DNA of 59,407 bases, counting the filler. It is 6 parts of 6 records of this genome, joined end to end, with 100 filler letters (N's around TTAATTAATTAA, not from the genome) between each part and the next. Parts side by side here need not be neighbours in the genome. Positions count along the whole stretch, not along the records: positions 9,406 to 28,685 come from SRR31147125_43988; 5 more parts are not named here. One strand, written 5' to 3'. The notes under the pieces were generated by a model that searched no databases, had not been told where the DNA came from, and saw only the letters and a program-made list of their open reading frames with translations. Positions 9,726 to 18,774 of this stretch are shown here, piece by piece. Each line of letters starts with the position of its first letter. Position 1 is the first letter of the stretch. The position numbers and the translations under genes were made by a program.

Positions 9726-9839
9726 TATGGAATATTGTAAAATATCATCCAAAAAGGTTCGTTTTTTTTTCAGATACTAATGACTCGAAATATTACTTTT
9801 AATTATAACACATGACATAAAAACTGAAATGGTGATAAA

Positions 9840-10739
9840 ATGAAGGCTTTTTCCTATTTAACAGAAAATGGTGAATCCCGAATTGGTATTGAACTGGATT
9901 CCGGACATTATAATTTTACCCTTCTTTGGCAATTATTTAAAGATATTAAAAGTTTTCCTACAGCGCCCAATCTCGATTTTTTACAAATCATGGTTGAATT
10001 TGAATATTTTTCAAGTGAAAATATTAACGAAGTTATCGAAACGGTTATGGATTTTCGTCCGCTGGATGATCTTAAAATAACAGAACCATACAAGTTTGAT
10101 GCTCCTATAACAAGACCACAAAAAATAATCTGTATTGGCAGAAATTACAAGGCACATGCTAAGGAATGGAAAGAAAAAGTTCCGGAAAACCCACTATTTT
10201 TCAGTAAACTGTCCTCTTCTTTGACACCACATGAGTCAAACATTCGGATTCCAGCCGGAGTCGGGCGTGTTGATAATGAGCTGGAATTGGCTGTTGTGAT
10301 TGGTAAGAAAGCCTTTCGCGTGAGTGAAGCCGCAGCCATGGACTTTGTGGCAGGATATACCATTGCCAATGATGTAACAGCCAGAGAAATGCAGAGGGAA
10401 GATATAAAAAACGGTCGCCCCTGGACAATGGCAAAGGGGCTTAATACGTTTTGTCCTATGGGCCCTTATCTTGTTCCTACAGATGCAATCGCAGATCCTC
10501 ATAATCTAGACCTGGAACTAAAGGTGAATGGTGAGACCAGACAAAAAGCAAATACCAGTGAAATGATTTTTAAGGTTCCCAAATTAATCTCTTATATAAG
10601 TCAATATATCACATTTTATCCAGGCGATATCATCTGCACCGGTACACCGGAAGGCACACTACCGTTGCAGCCAGGGGATAAAATAAAAGCCTGCATTGAA
10701 AATCTCGGTATCTTGAAGAACAGTGTTGTCAGGGGCTAG
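9840..10739 (+). CDS. fumarylacetoacetate hydrolase family protein
   Basis: KIICIGRNY, VDNELELAVVIG, NDVTARE, FCPMGP and PGDIICTGTPEG. Confidence 0.95.
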   Translation: MKAFSYLTENGESRIGIELDSGHYNFTLLWQLFKDIKSFPTAPNLDFLQIMVEFEYFSSENINEVIETVMDFRPLDDLKITEPYKFDAPITRPQKIICIGRNYKAHAKEWKEKVPENPLFFSKLSSSLTPHESNIRIPAGVGRVDNELELAVVIGKKAFRVSEAAAMDFVAGYTIANDVTAREMQREDIKNGRPWTMAKGLNTFCPMGPYLVPTDAIADPHNLDLELKVNGETRQKANTSEMIFKVPKLISYISQYITFYPGDIICTGTPEGTLPLQPGDKIKACIENLGILKNSVVRG

Positions 10740-10811
10740 GATTTTTGTCTGATTTGATTTTGGGGATGAAAATAGTTGCAAAAAACAGGCAATAATGAGA
10801 TGATCAATAAA

Positions 10812-10839
10812 AAAGACCGGATAACGAAAGCCGGTCTTT
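10812..10839. terminator. putative rho-independent terminator
   Basis: AAAGACCGG-N10-CCGGTCTTT stem flanked by A/T tracts. Confidence 0.55.
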
Positions 10840-10876
10840 ATAATATGGTTCTGTTTTACATTAATAGGATTAATTT

Positions 10877-11667
10877 ATGAAAATTGCATTTGTGCAAATA
10901 AAATGTTCTTTTGGAAACGTGTCTGCAAATATAAACAGAGCTCTGGAACTGTTGCAGTCAAAAAACGCGGATCTTTTTGTATTACCCGAGTTATTTCATA
11001 GCGGATATTTATTTCAGAGCAAGGATGAAGCGTTAAGTCTCGCTGAAGAAGTACCATCAGGTAAAGCTTGTCAAGCTCTTTTACAAACAGCCAAAGAAAA
11101 AAATGCCACATTGTGGCTGGAATTGCAGAGAAGGCTGGTTCACGAGTTTACAATTCGAGCGTGCTTTTTTCTCCGCACGGTTCAACTCATATTTATCGAA
11201 AAATCCATCTGTTTAATGAAGAAAAATTATGGTTTGAGCCAGGAGATAAACCATGGCACGTTATCGATATTGGTCAGGCCAGGATAGGTATGATGGTTTG
11301 TTTTGACTGGATGTTTCCCGAATCGATGCGGACGCTGGCATTGCAAGGAGCCGATATTGTGTGTCATCCTTCAAATTTAGTGTTACCCTATTGCCAGAAA
11401 GCCATGACCACCCGATGCCTGGAAAATGGAATATTTGCTATTACTGCCAATCGTATCGGTTTTGATTTAAGAGAAAAGGATAAAATTGAATTTACCGGTA
11501 AGAGCCAGATAACCGGACCGAGTGGCGACGTACTCGCACAGGCTGATGCCGATCAGGAAGACATTCAGGTGATCGAAATAGATCCAACGGAAGCTCGGGA
11601 TAAAAATATCAATGACTATAACCATCTTTTAAACGATAGAAGAACATCTTTTTATACGTCACATTAA
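10877..11667 (+). CDS. carbon-nitrogen hydrolase (nitrilase family), frameshifted at the A7 run 11097-11103
   Basis: The Glu (LPEL), Lys (YRKIHL) and Cys (VCFDW) triad is split over ORFs 10877-11287 and 11068-11667. One extra A joins them (AKEKKCHIVAG). Confidence 0.9.
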
Positions 11668-11709
11668 ACAGTTTACAATTCTTTTTCCCCAAATACGAAA
11701 TGATATTTA

Positions 11710-13212
11710 ATGTCTTTATTTCAAAGCGTAAAACGGCTATTTAAACATTCGGCTGTATATGGCATCGGTCATATCGTTAGTCGTTCCATAAATTTCTTGC
11801 TACTACCGTTATATACGAATCTGTTTCCTCGTGATGATTACGGGGTAGTGGGTTTGATGTTTACCTATATTGCGATTTTGACGATTGTTTATACATATGG
11901 TTTGGATGCCGCTTTTTTCCGGTTTTATATAGTGGATAACTCGAAGGAGAATCGGGAACGTGTCTTTTCAACATCTTTTTTTACTATCCTGATTACGTCC
12001 ATATTGTTTTCAGGCACTCTTTTATTGTCTTCTGAGTCTATTTGCCAGCTCGTATTTTCTTCCCAGGTGCTCGAGCTCGGAATTAATCTATCTTTGTTGG
12101 TCAAATTTGCCAGCGGCATACTTTTATTCGACGCTCTTTCATTTCTGCCTTTTTTGATACTGCGTGCCGAAGAAAAGCCGGCTCATTTTGCAGTTTTTAA
12201 AATTTTGAATGTGTTGTTCAATGTTGGCGGTAATGTTTTCTTTCTTGGCTTTCTGAAAATGGATATAACCGGTATCTTTATTGCCAATCTGATTGCATCT
12301 GCCAGCACCTTTTTATTACTATTACCCATTTCATTAAAACGAATACGATTTATTTTTTCGTCTGCAAAGCTAAAAGAATTGCTGGCTTTTGGTATTCCTT
12401 ATCTACCATCCACATTAGCTGTGGTTATCATGGATACGATAGACCGGCCGTTATTAGAGCGTCTGGCCTCTATAGATGCTGCTGGTTTGTATAATGCCGG
12501 TGTCAAACTGGGAATGTTTATGTCCTTGTTTGTTGCTGCATTCCGATTTGCCTGGCATCCGTTTTTTCTATCCACGTCAAAGCAGGAAAATGCCAGGGAC
12601 ATTTTTGCCAAAGTATTTACATATGTTATCACTGCCTGTTTTGGTGCTTTTCTCATTCTCGGTTTATTTATCGATGATATTGCCCGTTTTCAGGTGGCAG
12701 GATATTCTCTAATAGGACAGCAATACTGGAGCAGCACCATAGTCGTACCTGTTGTGATGCTGGCGTATATTTTTTATGCGGCATATTTAAACTTTTTAAT
12801 TGGCATTTATCTTGAAAAGAAAACCAAATACCTTCCTTATATAACAATAGCGGGTATGGTGGGTAATCTTGTGGTTAATATCCTTTTTATTCCGACTCTT
12901 GGGATAATGGGTGCTGCCTGGGCGAGGCTGGTGGCCTATGTTATTATGGCTATCTTGTTATATTTTGTCGGACAAAAACTTTATTATGTACGCTATGAAT
13001 GGAAGCGGATTTTGAAACTTTGTTTTGTGGTTGCTGTTGTCTATTTTATCGGGCGATCTGAATTTATCTATCATTCTTTTCTGTTAAAATCCGGTTTGAT
13101 TTTTCTTTTCCCTTGTTTATTATTTATAACAGGATTTTTTGATCGTGCTGAACTTTTAAAAATAACTGAACTCTTTCGACGAATTTTACCTGGTGTAAGG
13201 CGGACCGGATGA
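11710..13212 (+). CDS. polysaccharide flippase (Wzx/MOP superfamily)
   Basis: 500 aa with many TM segments. FLLLPLYT..DYG, AGLYNAG and LGIMGAAWA are typical of Wzx-like exporters. Confidence 0.88.
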   Translation: MSLFQSVKRLFKHSAVYGIGHIVSRSINFLLLPLYTNLFPRDDYGVVGLMFTYIAILTIVYTYGLDAAFFRFYIVDNSKENRERVFSTSFFTILITSILFSGTLLLSSESICQLVFSSQVLELGINLSLLVKFASGILLFDALSFLPFLILRAEEKPAHFAVFKILNVLFNVGGNVFFLGFLKMDITGIFIANLIASASTFLLLLPISLKRIRFIFSSAKLKELLAFGIPYLPSTLAVVIMDTIDRPLLERLASIDAAGLYNAGVKLGMFMSLFVAAFRFAWHPFFLSTSKQENARDIFAKVFTYVITACFGAFLILGLFIDDIARFQVAGYSLIGQQYWSSTIVVPVVMLAYIFYAAYLNFLIGIYLEKKTKYLPYITIAGMVGNLVVNILFIPTLGIMGAAWARLVAYVIMAILLYFVGQKLYYVRYEWKRILKLCFVVAVVYFIGRSEFIYHSFLLKSGLIFLFPCLLFITGFFDRAELLKITELFRRILPGVRRTG

Positions 13213-14041
13213 ATCAAACGCGACGTGCATTAAAAGATTTTTATGATAAAGTTGGAGAAAAATATCCGGAAGAGGAAATGGTCTACCAGACCCTCAGAGG
13301 CAGGCTGCGAAAAAGTTTGTTTTGGCCTGGCTTGATAAATTTCAAGGCTCCTTGCTGGATATTGGTTGTAACCGGGGCATGTATCTGATGCACTACAATG
13401 GTGGGTCCCGATTTGGTGTGGATCTAAGCAAGGGGGTATTAAAAAACACGCCCCGTAATGGTAGCTTGAATTTGGTGATTGCCGATGCGGAGCAATTGCA
13501 GTGTTTCAAGGAAAATAGTTTTGATAATATCCTGTGCAGTGAGGTATTGGAGCATTGTTTAAATCCCCTGGCTGTTTTTCAGAGCATTGCTTTTGTTCTT
13601 AATTCAAAGGGATATGCTTTGGTCACTACGCCGAATTACCGCAAAAAAAGGCCGGAATGGATAAATCTAGGTGTATTGACTCAATATGGAATTGAAAGCG
13701 AATGCCAGGATGGATATTTTCATACAGCATATCGCCCGGAAGAATTAGCCGAATTGGCACGACAAGCCGGCCTGGATATTGCAGATGTCGGGACATTGGA
13801 AAAAGAAGTAAAGTACGCAGCCAAAATTCCTGCTGCCATTATGTTGACCGGACGAGCTGTAAACAAAGTGTTAAAGTCAAAACAGTTCAAAAAGTTGAAT
13901 GAACGTTTTTTTGATACATTGACAAATTGGATTTATGATTTTTGCCGGGTAACAAGACTGGAAAAAATTATGATGAAATTCGTCTCCGAGGGAGTACGTT
14001 CGTATATTTTATTGCAAAAGAAACAGGAGAGAGATGAATGA
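13209..14041 (+). CDS. class I SAM-dependent methyltransferase, frameshifted at the A-run 13310-13314
   Basis: ATG 13209 overlaps the flippase stop (ATGA). MNQTRRALKDFYD.. joins LLDIGCNRG and SEVLEH if one A is added. Confidence 0.85.
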
Positions 14042-14448
14042 TGGTCTATTTTGGTGGCTCCATATCAGGTGGACGAGAGTATATTGAATCGTATCAAAAA
14101 ATAGTAAAATATATCCAGGCAAAAGGACATCGTGTGCCGACAGAACATGTAATAATGCCCGATGTTCTTGAAATGGAAGAGCAGTTCACAGCAGAGGAAA
14201 TATACAAAAGAGACATGAAATGGCTGCAGGAGAGCCAGTACATGGTGGCTGAGGTTACAAACCCGTCGCTGGGTGTCGGGTACGAAATATGTTATGCCCT
14301 GTTTCTTGAAAAACCGGTGTTGTGCCTTTATCAAAAGGAGGTTTTTTTAACAAGAATGCTTTCCGGTAATACCTCCCCTAATCTTACGGTCAACGCTTAT
14401 GAATCGGATCAGGATTGGAAGACGGCAATAGATCGTTTTTTATCCTGA
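14038..14448 (+). CDS. nucleoside 2-deoxyribosyltransferase family, DNPH1/RCL-like deoxynucleotide N-hydrolase
   Basis: VYFGGSISGGR, TEHV, IYKRDMKWL and AEVTNPSLGVGYE match RCL/DNPH1 motifs. Confidence 0.85.
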   Translation: MMVYFGGSISGGREYIESYQKIVKYIQAKGHRVPTEHVIMPDVLEMEEQFTAEEIYKRDMKWLQESQYMVAEVTNPSLGVGYEICYALFLEKPVLCLYQKEVFLTRMLSGNTSPNLTVNAYESDQDWKTAIDRFLS

Positions 14449-14550
14449 TTTTTTCAAAAAAAACACTAACTGACGTAAACATGTACAGAGATATTTGTGT
14501 TAATAAGAAAAAGTCTGGCTCTATTGTGATTTATTTTTAGGAAAGCTGAC

Positions 14551-15744
14551 ATGAGCCGAATTATTATACATTTGGATATGGATGCCTTTTTTGCGGCCAT
14601 TGAGCAGCATGATTTCCCGGAATACAAAGGTCGACCGCTGGTTGTAGGTGCGGATCCGAAAAAAGGACGAGGCCGTGGCGTTGTGTCGACCTGCAGTTAC
14701 GAAGCCCGTAAATATGGTATCCATTCTGCTATGCCCATTTCCAAAGCTTATAAATTATGTCCTCATGCGATATATGTATACCCGCGGGGTAAACGCTATT
14801 CTTACGTATCCAAAAAAGTTATGTCTATTTTGGGCAATTACACGCCTGACATCGAGCAGATCAGCATTGATGAAGCCTTTCTGGATATCAGCTCCACATA
14901 TAAATTCCATGGTACGCCTGAAAACACAGCAAAAGCAATGAAGAATCGAATTCAGCAAGAGACGGGTTTAACTGCCTCGATTGGTGTGGCACCAAGCAAG
15001 TTTGTAGCTAAAATAGCATCTGATTTACAAAAGCCGGATGGGCTGGTTATTGTTGAAGACGGCTCGGTAACAGAATTTTTAGCGCCGTTAGAAATTTCGA
15101 GGCTCTGGGGGATCGGTCCAAAGACGTTGCCTCGTTTGCAAAAGCTTGGCATTAACACATTTGGAGATTTGGCACAATTTTCGCAGAAAGAGCTTATCAA
15201 GCGATTTGGCAAGTCGGGCTTACATTTTTGGCGTCTGGCTAACGGAATTGATACTCGTGAGGTACAATCTGATACAACGGCGAAATCCATTAGCAAAGAG
15301 CTGACTTTTAATAAAGATATTGCCGATGAGGAAGAATTGCAGCAAACACTCTTTTTTTTGTGCGATGACCTGTCAAGAATAATGCGCCAAAAAGGCTATC
15401 AGGGTAAAACAATAACAATGAAAATTCGCTTTGAGGATTTTAGCACTTTTACACGTGCTCGCACCCTGAGGTCATCGACAAATTCATCGGATACCATTCG
15501 TAAAGTAGTTAATCATATATTTTCTGAATTTGATCGTAAAAATCACAAGATAAGATTACTTGGAGTGGGGCTCTCTCACCTGGAAGGGGAAGAATCGCAA
15601 TTGGACTTGTTTGAAGATGAACAGGTTGGAGAGAATAAAATTGATGAGGTTTTGGATCAGATAAAACAAAAATTTGGTGAAAAATCGATTACACGAGCCA
15701 GTTTGATGCAAAACAGACGTGATTCTAACTGGATAAGAGAATGA
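14551..15744 (+). CDS. dinB: DNA polymerase IV (Y family)
   Basis: IHLDMDAFFAAIEQ, SYEARKYGIHSAMP, SIDEAFLD and AKIASDLQKPDG. Confidence 0.96.
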   Translation: MSRIIIHLDMDAFFAAIEQHDFPEYKGRPLVVGADPKKGRGRGVVSTCSYEARKYGIHSAMPISKAYKLCPHAIYVYPRGKRYSYVSKKVMSILGNYTPDIEQISIDEAFLDISSTYKFHGTPENTAKAMKNRIQQETGLTASIGVAPSKFVAKIASDLQKPDGLVIVEDGSVTEFLAPLEISRLWGIGPKTLPRLQKLGINTFGDLAQFSQKELIKRFGKSGLHFWRLANGIDTREVQSDTTAKSISKELTFNKDIADEEELQQTLFFLCDDLSRIMRQKGYQGKTITMKIRFEDFSTFTRARTLRSSTNSSDTIRKVVNHIFSEFDRKNHKIRLLGVGLSHLEGEESQLDLFEDEQVGENKIDEVLDQIKQKFGEKSITRASLMQNRRDSNWIRE

Positions 15745-15793
15745 GTTGTTAAAACAAGAATCTTGTTGACTTTTATTATTATGACAGGGAAAC

Positions 15794-17857
15794 GTGAATA
15801 AAAGTATATTAAAATTCAAATGGAATCGACTTTGCGCAATGGGCTTGCCGGAAATTTTACATCGCAGCAATCAAGTCGCTATCTCGCAATTGGGGAAAAA
15901 TCCATTGACATCAGGAAGAGAAAAAGAAACCTGGCACACCTTTTTATCCAGACATCGTTTGAATGCGAACCATAATGGTGTAAAGTCAGATATGGATAAT
16001 TATCAGGGATTGTTACGTGATTTTCGTAACAGGGAACTGTTTTCCTGGCAATATATTGAGCTGAGTGCTCTGCGAGAGATCTTTGAATTGGATTATAGCC
16101 AGAATATAAAGGCAACATTAAATGCTGCACATAATTTATTAATGCACCAGTTTCAGGTATTTGATCGAACCATTCAGTTTAAAGAAAAGGTGGATTGGCA
16201 TTTTGATGCGATTGGTGAGCAAAGTCTGCCCCTGGTGTACTGGACAAAGCTTGATTATCGGGATCCTCTTGTTGTTACAGATGTCAAATACGTGTGGGAA
16301 TTAAACCGGCATCAACATTTTATTACTCTTGCAAAGGCTTATTTATTCTCCGGTAATGACAGTTATGCCGAGGAACTTTTTATCCAGTGGAAGGAGTGGA
16401 TTGAAAAGAATCCTTTTCATTATGGCGTCAACTGGACGAATTCGTTAGAGCTGGCCATTCGCCTGATTTCATGGACCTGGGCACTTCAGATGGCAAAAAA
16501 TAGTTCAGCGCTAACGCCTACAACATATGTATCTATATTAAATTCCATAGAGAATCATGCAGAACATATATTTAATTTTCTTTCAAAATACAGTTCTGCC
16601 AATAATCACCTTGTTGGAGAAGCATTAGGTTTGATTTATGCGGGCAGCTATTATCCGGAGTTTCGACAGGCGGAAAAGTGGCGTCAAAAAGGATTTCAAA
16701 TTATATTTGAGCATTTACCCGGACAGCTTTATCCGGACGGCGTTTTAAAAGAACAAGCTTTTTACTATCAGCGTTATCTATTTGACTTTGGCATTCATGC
16801 CAGGTTTGCTGCTCAGTATGTAAATATAGACATACCCAAAGAGTTTGAAAATGCTCTTTTAAAGATTGCCCGATTTATTCAGACATGCCTGGATAGTAGC
16901 AGTAACATTCCACAAATTGGCGATGAAGATGGCGGACAGGCTATCCAATTAAGTGAGCTGAGCGAAAATCCCTATAATGCTATTCTTTCAACTGCTGCCG
17001 TTGCTTTTAATGATCCTGACTTGAAGGGAAACAGAAAGAAATTTGATGAAACCTGTTTCTGGGTAAATGGGCTTAATGGACAAGTACAATATGATAAAAT
17101 GGAATATAAAGGAAGTGAAAATTCATTAAAGACATTCCGTGACGGAGGCTATGTCATTATTAATGATACGGACAATGATGTTCAATTCCTCTTTGACTGT
17201 GGTCCGCTTGGTTTTGGGTCGCTGGCAGCACATGGGCATGCGGATGCTCTTAGTTTTACAGCCAGCGTGAAAGGTGAACCCATTTTCGTGGATAGTGGTA
17301 CCTATAGATACCAGTGTGCCAGGAAATGGAGAAACTATTTTAGGGGTACCTTTGCTCATAATACAATTGTGGTAGACGGAGTGAATCAATCTGAGCCTCT
17401 TGGTACATTTCAATGGGGAAAAAAGGCCACGAGTTATTTAAAAAAAATAGAAAAAAATAATGGTAAAATAACGCTTATTGCTGAGCATGACGGGTATAAA
17501 AAACGTGGCGTACTGCATCGTCGGAGGATTTGTTTTAAAAAATGGAATCGTTGGGTCATAGAGGATATTTTGTTGGGTAAAGGAGAACATGATCTGCAAT
17601 CTTTATTACATCTGAATCCATGCGAATATGATTTGGTGAATGCCGATGCCGTACACGCTCGTTTTAAGAACACAAATGTTAAAATTCAATATGTTTCCGA
17701 ATATCCGTTTCATCTGGATGTTTTGGAAGGCCAGACAGATCCTGTTATGGGCTGGCAATCCAGGGGATATGGATTTAAAAATCCTCAACCTGTTATTGTT
17801 GTCTCTTTGAAAGTAGTTCTACCGGTGCAACTTTTTACGTTTATAAACTGTGAGTGA
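15794..17857 (+). CDS. heparinase II/III-family (alginate-lyase-like) protein
   Basis: WELNRHQHF, SANNHL, IGDEDGG, HGHADAL, DSGTY and AHNT motifs. Confidence 0.88.
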   Translation: MNKSILKFKWNRLCAMGLPEILHRSNQVAISQLGKNPLTSGREKETWHTFLSRHRLNANHNGVKSDMDNYQGLLRDFRNRELFSWQYIELSALREIFELDYSQNIKATLNAAHNLLMHQFQVFDRTIQFKEKVDWHFDAIGEQSLPLVYWTKLDYRDPLVVTDVKYVWELNRHQHFITLAKAYLFSGNDSYAEELFIQWKEWIEKNPFHYGVNWTNSLELAIRLISWTWALQMAKNSSALTPTTYVSILNSIENHAEHIFNFLSKYSSANNHLVGEALGLIYAGSYYPEFRQAEKWRQKGFQIIFEHLPGQLYPDGVLKEQAFYYQRYLFDFGIHARFAAQYVNIDIPKEFENALLKIARFIQTCLDSSSNIPQIGDEDGGQAIQLSELSENPYNAILSTAAVAFNDPDLKGNRKKFDETCFWVNGLNGQVQYDKMEYKGSENSLKTFRDGGYVIINDTDNDVQFLFDCGPLGFGSLAAHGHADALSFTASVKGEPIFVDSGTYRYQCARKWRNYFRGTFAHNTIVVDGVNQSEPLGTFQWGKKATSYLKKIEKNNGKITLIAEHDGYKKRGVLHRRRICFKKWNRWVIEDILLGKGEHDLQSLLHLNPCEYDLVNADAVHARFKNTNVKIQYVSEYPFHLDVLEGQTDPVMGWQSRGYGFKNPQPVIVVSLKVVLPVQLFTFINCE

Positions 17858-17863
17858 TTTTCT

Positions 17864-18697
17864 ATGAGGCCAGAACTAAAAAAGATGTCTTTTTTAATTT
17901 TCCCCTTTTGTGGCGCTGTAATGGGAATTGTTTTTTCCGTGATGTTCAACTCAGGTATGGTATCTGTTGTCGTTTATAGTATTCTGGTTTGTACATTGGG
18001 GTCGGGATTACATGCCTTACTTTACAGAAAAAGTGTGGAATTAAATGAAAATGTATCTGTTAATAAGGGAAATATAGATTTTGTAACTACAGAGAAACGT
18101 AATCATGCAGAAAAGTTGTTTCCTTTTCAGATAGACTCTACTTTTTTGTTTAATACGTTACATAATATTTCTGCATTGTGTATGGTTGATCCCAATCGTG
18201 CCAGTCATACGATTGAAAAATTTAGCCAATATTTACGCACGTTGATGAATATGGATGGCAAGAAATTTACAATACTGGCGGAAGAGTTAAAATGCGCTCA
18301 ATATTTATTACAGATTGAAAAATTGCGATTAGGAGATCGCCTTGATATCGAACTGGATATCGATAAAGGTTGTCTGGAAAATGAAATTCCTTGTTTTGTA
18401 TTACAACCTCTAGTAGAGAATGCTATCAAGCATGGCGTCGAAATGTGTGAACATAAGGTTAAAGTTGTCCTGTCAGTCTATATCAAGGGTGAAAATACAA
18501 TAGTGGAAATTCGAGATGAGGGAAAAGGTATCACAACGGCTCAATTAGAGTCTGTACTCAATATGGACAAAAGCCTGGCAAAACTATATGAGTTTCTTAC
18601 TTCCCTTTATGGGACCTATTTTTATATGAATATTGAAGCTCTGGATCCCTCAGGCACGCGGATTTGTTTGTCGTTACCACGAAAAAAAATGTATTAA
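17864..18697 (+). CDS. LytS/YesM-type membrane histidine-kinase homologue with a degenerate H box
   Basis: Two TM helices, QIDSTFLFNTLHNI (canonical QINPHFLFNTLN), EELK..Y..IEKLRLGDRL, N box LQPLVENAIKHG and G1 DEGKG. Confidence 0.85.
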   Translation: MRPELKKMSFLIFPFCGAVMGIVFSVMFNSGMVSVVVYSILVCTLGSGLHALLYRKSVELNENVSVNKGNIDFVTTEKRNHAEKLFPFQIDSTFLFNTLHNISALCMVDPNRASHTIEKFSQYLRTLMNMDGKKFTILAEELKCAQYLLQIEKLRLGDRLDIELDIDKGCLENEIPCFVLQPLVENAIKHGVEMCEHKVKVVLSVYIKGENTIVEIRDEGKGITTAQLESVLNMDKSLAKLYEFLTSLYGTYFYMNIEALDPSGTRICLSLPRKKMY

Positions 18698-18774
18698 TGA
18701 TTTTATAATTAACGTGATTATTATATTTGTTATTCAATAACAGGTATTTTTCATATTATTGGCAGGGATGTTTT

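Noticed and set aside
14449..14550. LexA box upstream of dinB
   Set aside because: No match to the LexA motifs I know (CTGT-N8-ACAG, GAAC-N4-GTTC).
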